Of a DNA stretch of 64,000 bases, positions 44,965 through 57,267 are shown piece by piece. The DNA is from the human T2T-CHM13v2.0 reference genome, Homo sapiens. The stretch is taken from assembly GCF_009914755.1 (NCBI RefSeq), contig NC_060941.1; one strand, 5' to 3'. A model generated the notes under the pieces. That model did not search any database and was not told the DNA's origin. It saw only the letters and a list, made by a program, of their open reading frames with translations. Made by a program: the position numbers and the translations under genes. Numbering within the stretch: the first letter of the stretch is position 1; every line of letters begins with the position of its first letter.

Positions 44965-46779
44965 ACAGCCAGTTGATTTTTTGCTGCTGTGTAGGTAAAC
45001 ACAAATACAAAATGCCTATTATAATCACTATTTCCAACTCTACTTGCTGAGGTAGTGATCACGTAACCCCCAACCCGCAGCCCTCTCCATTTGATAGGCA
45101 CTGTGTTTTCTGTTTCTACTTTGGCAGGAAACTCCAAGGAACAGAGGAGCTCAGAGAAGACTAGAACTCTGTATTCCGTACCCGTAAACAATTTGTATAA
45201 GCAAAATAAAACTTTTTAACTTTCCTCATCCCAATCTGCATTATATTTCCCTCTGGCCATTTTGCCACATGGCCTAGGAGTTGGGGCTGAGTAAATGCCA
45301 GCTCAGGAATGTGTCCTAGACTTCCCATGAGGGGAGGGCAGTAAAGACATGATGCCAGTGCTGTTGGTTTCCTTCCCTCCTGGGATAGAGCTTGAGGGAA
45401 GAGACAAGCAAGGTGGAAGAAATATTGCCATAAGCAGCGTGAGCATTTGGTCATAGAGGGAAGAGCCAAGGGACAGTCACAGACCCCAAAGGACACCCCA
45501 TGCTCTGCCTGTTGCCACCCCAACAGAGCATGGCCATGGCCGTAACAAAGAGGAGGCTGAGTGTGGGACGTTAAGAAGAGAGAGGGCCTGAGGTAGTACT
45601 TGTGTGTCTCTTTAGAGCCCATGAACTAGTTATCCAGAAGATCTTTATGCAGCCAAACAACAACAACATGGAAATCAGAGGTCCCAGAGGACGTCCCAAG
45701 GGGGCAGAGAGGAGCAAAGCAGGAAACCAGCGGAAAACCTACCACGGGGCCATCTAGGCATGGGGCACGGTGCCCTGATGCTGGGGTGAGTGAAGTAAAC
45801 CAAGACATGGACAGAGGATGGCAGGGGGCTACCAGGACCTCTGGCCTCAGGAGAACCAAGGTGGGACTAAGTCACCCAGAAAGGACATGGGGCCTGCAGA
45901 TAGACTAGGTGTGTACCGGCTGCCGCAGACACAAAGAGGAAGCCCGAGGACACCACCACCGTAGCAATGGAGGAACCACGGAGAGCTCCAGGACATGGAT
46001 GTACATGGGAACTAAGCCTTCTTCCCACTGCTGTCACAAGGCCACTGGGGCTACCAAGGATGCCTAGATGCCATCTGGAAAAAGAATAGGAGGAAGGAGA
46101 ATAAATAGACTGGGCAAGCAAGTGGGATACTGCAAGGACTATTTAGTTCAGAAGGAACTAAAATGCCATTAAGAGGTAAGTGGTGAGTTTAAGTCTTATC
46201 TCCTCTCCCTTACCCTCTACTTTTATTCAGCAGAGTGATTTTTTCTTATCTGAGTAGAATGTATGAATTTCAACCATGCTACATACGTAATCACCAAATA
46301 CCTACTAGAGCAAAGTCACTTCAAGTGTGGCCACCTGACCAGCTCCCAAGACAACACTGCTTGTCAGGGGACCATACATTGAAGGTCACTGTCAGGAAGC
46401 ATGCAGCTGAGCCTGTCTCTAGAGATGAGCAGGTCTGCATCAGGCAGCTTCAGAGTAAGGCAGACCCACCCATCACTTATGATTTATTTCTTCTGTTAAT
46501 CATCTGGATTATCTGGAAATCATCTTGTCTATTAATGTGGGCTCAACTGCACAACTGAGGCATGAACGATGACCCTTGAAGATTTCAGCCTAGTTTCATT
46601 GTTACTGAAAATGATAGCAATGACAAATTTCTTCATTCCTACATCCCCCTATTTATTCTGCATCCTCTGTGTCCTGCTAGTGTTGAAAAAATAACCCAGT
46701 CCTATGCCTGTCCCATAAACAGAATACAAGGGTCACCTGGTCTCCCAAAGTCCACCTGTTCACTGACATTAGGTCAGTA

Positions 46780-46892
46780 CAGTCGTCTGCACAAGGAATT
46801 AGTTCCAGGATCCCTACCTGCAAGGATACCAAAATCCCAGCATACTCAAGTCCTCTGTATCCATGGGTTCCAAGGATATGGAGAGTCAACTG
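46780..46892. mobile_element. Short MER2/Tigger-type MITE
   Basis: TA|CAGTCG...GGATACCAAAATCC...CTCAAGTCC...GGATATGGAGAGTCAACTG|TA, with TA target duplication. Confidence 0.8.
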
Positions 46893-47370
46893 TATGGTTC
46901 CCCCATGAAAATAATTAGAAATGTAGTTGGTTACATCAGGGTAGGGTAAAAGCGTATGATTCGACTTAAATACCTCAAAGATATTATGCCCTCTAGGGTC
47001 ACTGGGATGCCAGACTTTTTGGTAAGAAAAAGACACTGCTCACATCTTGGGATGGGCAAGGAGAAGAGAGAGCAACTGCAGGAATCTGTGTGGGAGTTTG
47101 GGATGATTCTGATTGGAGCAATGGGGCTGCAGCTGTGTGGGTTCAGCCAACCTCTTCATTCTAAAGGGAGACCCTGAAAACCACAGAGCAGGGACACAGT
47201 GGGCAATCAGCCTAGCTATGTACGAGAAGAGGCTTTAAAGCTTCCCATTAGATTACACTCTGTTTCTCAGTGATGCTTGGAAAAAAGCCAAGCCTCTCAA
47301 AAGATGCATGTCAATTCACTAAAGCAGCATGGAGGTGGGAGTGGAGGGAGTCTGTTAATCATCTACATAG

Positions 47371-48356
<986 letters not shown>

Positions 48357-48867
48357 GTCTGGGTGTTTACTCACAAGGTGCTGAATAGTCAGTAATTGGA
48401 AATAGATTTAAAAAAAAAACTGCCCTATGTTTGCCTACCTTTTTCCATGTGTTTGATCTTTGTAAACCAAGTAACCTTTTGTAACCTGACTTGGCTAAAT
48501 GGTAGAGAGCCTTGAACTCTGGCCAGACCTCCTGGACATTTGTCCACTCAGGGCACAAGAGCAATAAGAATAATCATTCATATATGTATATATGTATATT
48601 TGTATATCTGAATGTATATATAAATATATATATCTGACTTAAAATTTCACAATGAGCCACATCAACCCTGGCAGCTGAGTACGACAGGTACTGGCTTCCA
48701 TTTCATAGGCGTGCCTCTGAGAAATGAAGGAAAGCAGATAATGGTTCCCTAGCCATCATCTTTTTCCTCATTCCTTCTGCCCATCAGAAACCCGATACTG
48801 TTCAAGAATCTACTCTCTTCCTTATAATTTAAGAGAAACTGATGAGTAGATTCTAATTACTCTTAGC

Positions 48868-49030
48868 CAGTGGTTCTCAACATCAGCAGCCTGAGGAATT
48901 TTATAAAATACTGATACCAGATTCTGCCCCCAGAGGTTGATTTTATTGGTCTGGGGTATGCTCTGGGCATTGTGATAATTAAAAGATTCCCCAGTGGATT
49001 CTAATATGCAGCCAAGGGTTCAAACCACTG
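48868..49030. mobile_element. MER5A
   Basis: CAGTGGTTCTCAA...TTCAAACCACTG terminal inverted repeats. Degenerate 8-bp TSD CTCTTAGC / GTCTAAGC. Confidence 0.88.
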
Positions 49031-49432
49031 GTCTAAGCCAATTGTGGTAACCTCATGCTTTTCACCAATAATTGGCTTAAGGGAGACTTGTGATGTGGTC
49101 TGGCCAGTTGGTCGTGCTCAAGAGCTGTTAGGAAAAGGGCTGCTTGTTCTTAAAGAGAAGAAGACAGTCACTGTACTGCCTCGGGATGTTGTTGAATTTA
49201 AATGTGATGGCTGGAGTTGCTGCAGCCATTTTGTTGCCATCCTATAGATGAACCCAATACACAAAAAAGGACAAAGCCAAGGAAAACTACAGATCCAGAG
49301 CCTAGGGCCAGCACTCCTAAACCTGCCCATTTCACATTACTTATAGTGCATCAGATGATAAATCTTATTATTTACATTCTGGTGACTTAGGGTTGTCTGT
49401 TCCTGGCTGCCAAAGTTGTACTAGCAGAAACA
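49031..49432 (+). mobile_element. Old MLT1 (MaLR) LTR
   Basis: GGTCTAAGCCAAT...TGTGATGGCTGGAGTTGCTGCAGCCATTTTG...TCTGTTCCTGGCTGCCAAAG. Confidence 0.7.
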
Positions 49433-51355
49433 TTAGGTGATGCAGCTGAAGCCACACACTTAAGATAAATGTGGATTCGGGTCTACTGATTCCAGCTCCA
49501 GGGCTCTTTTCCCTAAATTATACTTTTCTTTGTAGAACCCTGGGCAGGATATTTTGCCATGAAAACTGCCCAGGAACTCACTTTGGACCAGCAGCTACAA
49601 AAGAGAATTACCACCATTGCATCTTAAGGATTGAATTTCCTTGCTCTTACAAAAGTGTTTGGAGGTTGTTTGCCAGCAACTTTCAAGTTAAGCACATTAA
49701 ACTAAGGGTAGGGTGGAGGTGACAGAAATTACGCATTTTATTTGTCCTGACTAGAAATTGGGCATGTCTCTATTTAAATTGAAGAATAACTAAATCACTT
49801 ACAGGATTAATAAGGAGAGAAGACCTTTGGGAGCCAGATGATAATGATGTACATAGTTTTCTGGATATACACAAAGGGATGGTTTACCCTGGAAAAACCA
49901 AGTAATTTAAAAAAGGCTATGTTAATTTCAGGCTTCCTTAGGAACACTGGGGGGTGAAGTACATCAGTGGATAAAGTTAGTAGAAAATGAACACATTGGT
50001 GGAGAGAATGAGTGACACAGAGGAATGTAATTAATCTTATATAGGGGCAGGCAGAAAGGGGAAAGTCTCAAACAGTGAGGCAATTTGTCAGAGAGTGAAG
50101 CCAACAGAGATGGATGACATTTTTGTTTCTTATGTGAATAAACTATTGTGTCCCTGGAGGCACAAACTGAAGGTGGAATTATTTTCAAGGATGATACTCT
50201 GATCATTTCAAAATATGCAAAGCACCAAGTACTGCACTGCATCTGTCATCATGGGTGTACCATCAAGATAAAATAAAAGTAGGTTGTGCATATACAATGA
50301 GGAGAATGAAGTAACCATCCAGGTGATGTGCTTTTGTGTTTTGCGTTAAGTGAGAATATGGTTAAATATGAAGGCAACAGAGCAAATTGTTGATCAGCTG
50401 ACTTACTCTAATCAATTAAGACAGTTGTAATAAACTAGTCATTAGCCATTTGGTATACTCATCATCTTGCCATCTAATTGGGTCAATTGTTCACTAATGT
50501 AATTCACTGTTCAGGATTCTACCAATTAATAACCAAATGGGTACCTCATCTCCCTCTACACTCCAATCGTCATCTCTCGAAGGGAATGGGAGTCTAACAA
50601 AATCAATAGAGCTGCGGAATATACATGAGGAATATTTGGTAAAGATGATTACATGCACCAGGAGTATGGTGTCAAATGTCCAGACGTAATTGTTACTATT
50701 AGCCCAAAAAATTAATTTCAAGGTTAGGACTGTCCATTAGTGAAAAGACCTCATCTAAGGAGCCCATACGTGTAAGCAAGCCCTGGCACCTAGGAGCTGG
50801 CTGGACTCTGTGGGGATGTTATGAGGACCCTGCACGGTAACAAGCAGTGATCTAACTTATTCATCTATAGGTGTGTTCCTGGTGGTCTTTGGCTGGAAGC
50901 TATTGACATTGGCTAGATAGAAAATACACAAAAATTTAGTTCCAAATATTTCTAACTGTTTAGGACCTTATTAGGAAAAAAAAATCTGCATTTGTGAGAG
51001 AGTGTTTACTTCAGTGCCAGGTTAATGAGAACTGGCTATTCTTACTTCCTCTTTCAGATTTTCCAGCTGTCTTTGTAGAAACCTCTGCTTCTGACCGTAT
51101 TTCCATGGTTTGCTCACAAAAGCTCAGCAGTTCAACCAAAACAGTTTGTTTGTGGATCTTTCTTAGTGGTGACTCACCAAACACCCTACTGAACAGCTCT
51201 CTCAGTTGCTCAGACTCCAAATCTTGGAGACATCCTTGACAAATGTATATAAATAAATATGTATATATACATGCAGATATCTATATATGTATTACACACA
51301 CACACTTGGCATCCAGACTTTTAGCAAACTGAGTCAGCTCAATATTAAGAATGTT

Positions 51356-51659
51356 GGCCAGGTGCAGTGACTCACGCCTGTAATCCTAGCACTTTGGGAG
51401 GCCAAGGCGGGCAGATTGCCTGAGTTCAGGAGTTCGAGACCAGCCTGGGGAACACGGTGAAACCCCGTATCTACTAAAATACAAAAAAATTAGCCAGGCA
51501 TGGCAGCGTGTGCCTGTAGTCCCAGCTACTCAGGAGGCTGAGGCAGAAGAATTGCTTGAACCCAGGAGGTGGAGCTTGCAGTTAGCTGAGATAGTGCCAC
51601 TGCACTCCTCTAGCCTGGGCGACAGAGCGAGACTTTGTCTCAAAAAAAAAAAAAAAAAA
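51356..51659 (+). mobile_element. AluS
   Basis: Full dimer plus A-tail, at the edge of a MER4-type LTR. Confidence 0.95.
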
Positions 51660-52305
51660 GTTAATGGAAAAACCGTTTATTCTGAGCCGATGTGTGTGAG
51701 CATGACCCAGGGAACAATCTCAAGAAGTCCTCAGAAAATGCGCCCACGGCAGTCTCATTAGTTTGGTGTTATACATTTTAGGGAGACAGGAGTTACAGCA
51801 AGGACATAACTCAATACATGAAAGATAACATTGGTTTAGCCCCCAAAGGGAGGACATGTTGAAGTTTGGACTTACAGGTTATAGTTGGATTTAGAGATTC
51901 TTTAATTTGTAATTCATTGAAGGAGTAAGGCTTTGTCTAAAATTTTGGAATCAGCAGAAAAAAAAAATGTTTTCAGATAAGGATTTCTGTTAACCAATAC
52001 ATTGGGTCAGAGTGACCTCTAAAGGGATGTGACTCAACCTTTGCCTTGCATGACATTAGGCCCTATTTATAATTTGGTATCTTTTGTTACAGAGTCCGCT
52101 CTAGTAGTCTTTTGATTTCTATTTTAACATTAATGCTAGTCACTTGTGGCTAAACTCCAAAAGGGAGAGGGTATAATGAGTTGTGTCTGACTTCCCATCT
52201 CTTCATGGCTGGGAATTCAGTTTTTAGGGTTTTTCTGGGGTCACCTTGGCCAAGAGGGGATCCATTCAGTCAGTGGGGGACTCAGAATTTTGTCTTTAGT
52301 TTGCG
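51660..52305 (-). mobile_element. MER4-group (ERV1) solo LTR
   Basis: Minus strand starts ...AAACTAAAGACAAAATTCTGAGTCCCCCACTGACTGAATGGATCCCCTCTTGGCCAAGG, matching MER4D/E 5' ends. The plus strand shows TTATACATTTTAGGGAGACA. Confidence 0.82.
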
Positions 52306-52319
52306 AGAGAATATCCCAA

Positions 52320-52740
52320 ATATGGTCACCTCTCACCACCCCCACCATTACCGTATGGGTGGGTCTCACCTGAACTATTTCAATGGTCTTCCAAATGTCC
52401 CCTCCCCTTCTAGCCTAGTCTTTGTACAGAAGGCAGAGTGTTGATACTCACTAGATAATATCACTCTGTGCTTGAAAAACACTTCCCATGTCATCTTGAT
52501 TAAGTTCTAAATCTCTCACCATTGTTACAAAGTCCTACATAAGCTTTCTGCTGGCTACCTCTGTGACCTAACGTCCCACAGATCTCTGCCTGGCTCACTC
52601 TGTTCTAGGCACATCACCCCCCAGGACTGTTCCTTGATCACTGTGGGTGCTGTCCCACCTCGGGAACATTCACTTGCTGTTTCCTCAGCCTGCAACCGTC
52701 TTCTCTCAAATATCTGCAGAGCTGGCCTTACTCACCGTCC
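52320..52740 (+). mobile_element. L2 fragment
   Basis: TCTCACCTGAACTATTTCAATGG...AGATAATATCACTC...CTCACTCTGTTCTAGGCAC...CACTTGCTGTTTCCTC. Confidence 0.65.
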
Positions 52741-52839
52741 TGACAGAGTTTATCCTCTAGCGTTTGGTGGTGGTTGTGGGGCAAAATTCGTTGGGTAGTG
52801 CAATCAACAAATACTGATTCTTTGATCACAGCATCTTTA

Positions 52840-53197
52840 TTTTTTTTTATTATACTTTAAGTTCTAGGGTACATGTGCACAACGTGCAGGTTTGTTACAT
52901 ATGTATACATGTGCCATGTTGGTGTGCTGCACCCATTAACTCGTCATTTGCATTAGGTATATCTCCTAATGCTATCCCTCCCCTCTCCCCCTACCCCATG
53001 ACAGGCCCCAGTGTGTGATGTTCCCCTTCCTGTGTCCAAGTGTTCTCATGGTTCAATTCCCACCTATGAGTGAGAACATGTGGTATTTGGTTTTTTGTCC
53101 TTGTGATAGTTTGCTGAGAATGATGGTTTCCTGCTTCATCCATGTCCCTGCAAAGGACATGAACTCATCCTTTTTATGGCTGCATAGTATTCCATGG
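52840..53197 (-). mobile_element. Young 5'-truncated L1PA 3' end (358 bp)
   Basis: TTATACTTTAAGTTCTAGGGTACATGTGCACAACGTGCAGG... Perfect 16-bp TSD GATCACAGCATCTTTA at 52824-52839 and 53198-53213. Confidence 0.97.
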
Positions 53198-53907
53198 GAT
53201 CACAGCATCTTTAAAGAACCTAAAGATTATCTTAAAAATCATCTCATTCAACCATTTTATTCTACAAGATAGAATAAAAGGAAGTTCATAGGTCAAATGT
53301 ATCATCTGAAGTCACCCAACCAGTTAGTTGCAGATCAGGGTCCACAACCCAGTTAAGTGATCTTTGCATGAATCATTCAGCCAGTCAAATCTGTTAAATT
53401 ATGAAGTAGTATTTTTATTTGTTGGGACAAGTTGATTTGATCAGCATTACTTGATACAGTAATGCTATATTACTAAATTTCAGAGAGTTCTAGGTTGAGA
53501 ATTTTCATTTATATTCCAAACATATTACATATTTATGTGATCAAGAAACTTTCTCAATTACTTTCTATGCTTTCTTTTTCCTCCAAAACTTTTTGACCTC
53601 CTATATACTTATTCAGTAAATATTAAAGACCTAGCAGTCTAGAATGGAGCTCGGATGTGTACATAAATAATGATTTTAAATAAAAAGTTTAGGAAGTCAG
53701 CTAGTATTTTTAGGTAGTTTATAATGGGAACAGCATGAGAGCTGGAGACAGGTGAGAGAGGAAAGGTTTCTGCCAGCTGTGAAAACAAGGGAAACCTCAA
53801 ATGGAAGAGATGGCATTTGGACTGAGGGATGACCAGGATTTGGACACTAAGGGGAGGAAAAAGCAAATCGGCTAGAGAGAAGAGTACAAGTAAAAGCAAA
53901 GTATCTA

Positions 53908-54120
53908 CACCAGCCTGGGCAACATGGCAAGACAACATTTCTATGAAACAAACAAAAATTGGCTGGGCATGGTGGTGCATACCTGTAGTCCTAGCTACTC
54001 AGGAGGCTGAGGTGGGAGGATTGCTTAAGCCCGGGAGGTCAAGGCTACATTGAGTTGTGATCGTGCCACTGCACTCCAGCCTCAGCAACAGGGTGAGACC
54101 CTGTCTCAAAAAAGAAAGAA
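53908..54120 (+). mobile_element. 5'-truncated AluJ
   Basis: Begins at ACCAGCCTGGGCAACATGG and has a J-type right arm. Confidence 0.9.
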
Positions 54121-55580
54121 AGTGTTCTACAACAGAGGATTCGCTGCTGTTCCAACTGTTTATAAACACGCTGGAAACAGAACATGGTGAAGAAGAATCC
54201 TCCTGTTTGCTCTGTGACTCCCTCCCCCACTCACCTCAGTGAACTCCAGCAGGTATTTAGTTTCACAAGATATTCCTGGTCCACAAAGTGCTCTTTTCTT
54301 AAACTCTTGGGAATAGTTAAAATACTTGCCTCAGGATTGTTATTCACTTTAATTTGCATAAAGTATCAAATGAAACATTTAAGTGGTACAATTACAGAAA
54401 TACTGAGAATTCCTGGTCAATCGCAATCTGAAGAATACAAATCAAGTCAACCCACTCACCTCACTTGGAGGCACTGACATGTTATCCCCTCCCTGGATGG
54501 TGGCTGGGGGCCATTGAGAAAGAGAAGTGCCCTCCTTTCTTCCTTCAGGCCAGGTGGATGTCCATCTTCGCAGAATGCCACCTGAGTTTTATCCTGAAAA
54601 GGCCCACACCACATGGAGGCACCCTCTGTGAGCCAGGATCCTCTGTACCTCAAGCTGACCCTCACTCGGCACAGCCTGAGTCCCAGGCACTGGCAGGAAG
54701 CCTCAGGCTCTAACCACCTGACCTGGCCCCAGCATTTACCTGCCAGATGCCTGTCTGCCTGTGCAGGGGAAAGAAAATTCTTTCTTTTCCATCTTAGGTT
54801 CATGGATGAGGTGCTTAATAACAAAAGACAGATTAACAAGAGAAGAGCATACATATTTATTTAACGTAAATTTCATGTGACATGGGAGTCTTCAGAAATG
54901 AAGATTTCAAGAATCAGGAAACCTGTGTATTTTTGTGCTTAGGTTTGATAAAGAGTGGACAGTCATGCAGGAAGTATGACTGGACAAAGGGGGTGTGAGC
55001 TAATGGTAGTAGAGTAGAGGGACTTAGCAGGGCCTGTTTAGATTTATTGCCACCTGTGAATCCTTAAGGGTCTTGCCTCCTCAGAGGAAAAATTCAGCTA
55101 AGGGGCAGAAGTAGGTTTAAGGCAGAGGAAGAGACCAAGGCACATTTTAGAGCAGGAATGAAAGTTTACTAAAAAGTTTTAAAGCAGGAATGAAAGGAAG
55201 CAAAGTACACTTTTTAAATTATTATTATATTTTTCTGTAAGTTATTGGGGTACAGGTGATATTTGGTTACATGGGTGAGTTCTTTAGTAGTAATTTGTGA
55301 GATCCTGGTGCACCCATCACCCGAGCAGTATACACTGCACCATATATGTTGTCTTTTATCCCTCGCCCCCTCCCTCTTTCCCCCCAAGTCCCCGAAGTCC
55401 ATTGTATCATTCTTATGCCTTTGCGTCCTCATAGCTTAGCTCTCACCTATCAGTGAGAACATACAAAGTTTGGTTTCTCATTCCTGAGTCACTTCACTTA
55501 GAATCATAGTCTCTAATCTCACCCAGGTCATTGCAAACGCTGTTAAATCATTCCTTTTTATGGCTCAGTAGTATTCCATT

Positions 55581-55701
55581 GTGTATATATATACTATATA
55601 TATATATTATATATACTGTATATTGTATATATATAGTATAGTATGTATATACACATTATATATATAATATATATTATATAGTATATATATTTATATATAT
55701 A
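55581..55701. repeat. Imperfect (TA)n expansion inside the L1
   Basis: About 120 nt of TA-rich repeat. Confidence 0.9.
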
Positions 55702-56926
55702 CCACAGTTTATCCACTCGTTGATTGATGGGCATGTGGGTTGGTTGCACGATTTTGTGATTGTGAATTGTGCTGCTATAAATATGCACGTGCAAGTATCT
55801 TTTTCAAATAGTGACTTCTTTTCCTCTGGGTAGATACCCAGTAGTGGGATTGCTGGATCAAATGGTAGTTCTACTTTTAGTTCTTTAAGGAATTTCCACA
55901 CTGTTTTCCATAGTGGCTGTACTAGTTTACATTCCCACCAGCAGTGTAGAAGTGTTCCCTGTTCACTGCATCCATGCCAACATCTACTATTGTTTGATTT
56001 TGTAGCCATTCTTGCAGGAGTGAGGTGGTATCACATTGTGGTTTTGATTTGCATTTCCCTGATCATTAGTGATGTTGAGCATTTTTTCATATGTTTGTTG
56101 GCCATTTTTTATATCTTTTTTTTGAGAATTGTCTATCCATGTCCTTAGCCCACTTTCTGATGGGATTGTTTTTTTTCTTACTGATTTGAGTTCCTCGTAG
56201 ATTCTGCATATTAGTCCTTTGTCAGCTGTATAGATTGTGAAGATTTTTCTCCCAATCTGTGGGTTGTCTGTTTACTCTGCTGACTGTTCCTTTTGCCATG
56301 CAAAAATGTAGTTTAATTAGGTCCCAGCTATTTATCTGTGTTTTTATGGGATTCCTTTTTGGGTTTTTGGTCGTGAAATCCTCGCCTAAGCCAATGTCTA
56401 GAAGGGTTTTTCCAATGTTATCTTCCAGAATTTTTATAGTTTCAGGTCTTAGGTTTAAGTCCTTAATCCATCTTGAGCTGATTTTTGCATAAGGTGAGAG
56501 ATGAGGATACAGTTTCATTCTCCTACATATGGCTAGCCAATTATTCCAGCACCATTTGTTGAAAAGGTGTCCTTTCCCACTTTATGTTTTTGTTAGCTTT
56601 GTCAGAGATCAGTTAGCTCTAAGTATTTGGGTTTATTTCTGGGTTCTGTGTTCTGTTCCATTGGTCTATGTGCCTATTTTTATACGAGTACCACACTGTT
56701 TTGGTGACTATGGCCTTAAAGTATAGTTTGAAATCAGGTGGTGTGATGCCTCCAGATTTGTTCTTTTTGCCTAGTCTTGCTTTGGCTGTGTGGGCCCTTT
56801 TTTGGTTCCATATGAATTTTAGAATTGTTATTTCTAACTCTCTGAAGAATGATGGTGGTATTTTGATGGAGATTGCATTGAATCTGTAGATTGCTTTTGG
56901 CAGTATCGTCATTTTCACATTATTGA

Positions 56927-57267
<341 letters not shown>

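Noticed and set aside
51011-51220. Protein-looking 69-aa minus-strand ORF (ESEQLRELFSRVFGESPLRK...)
   Set aside because: It has no ATG at the called start, no recognisable family, and no supporting minus-strand splice sites that I could see.
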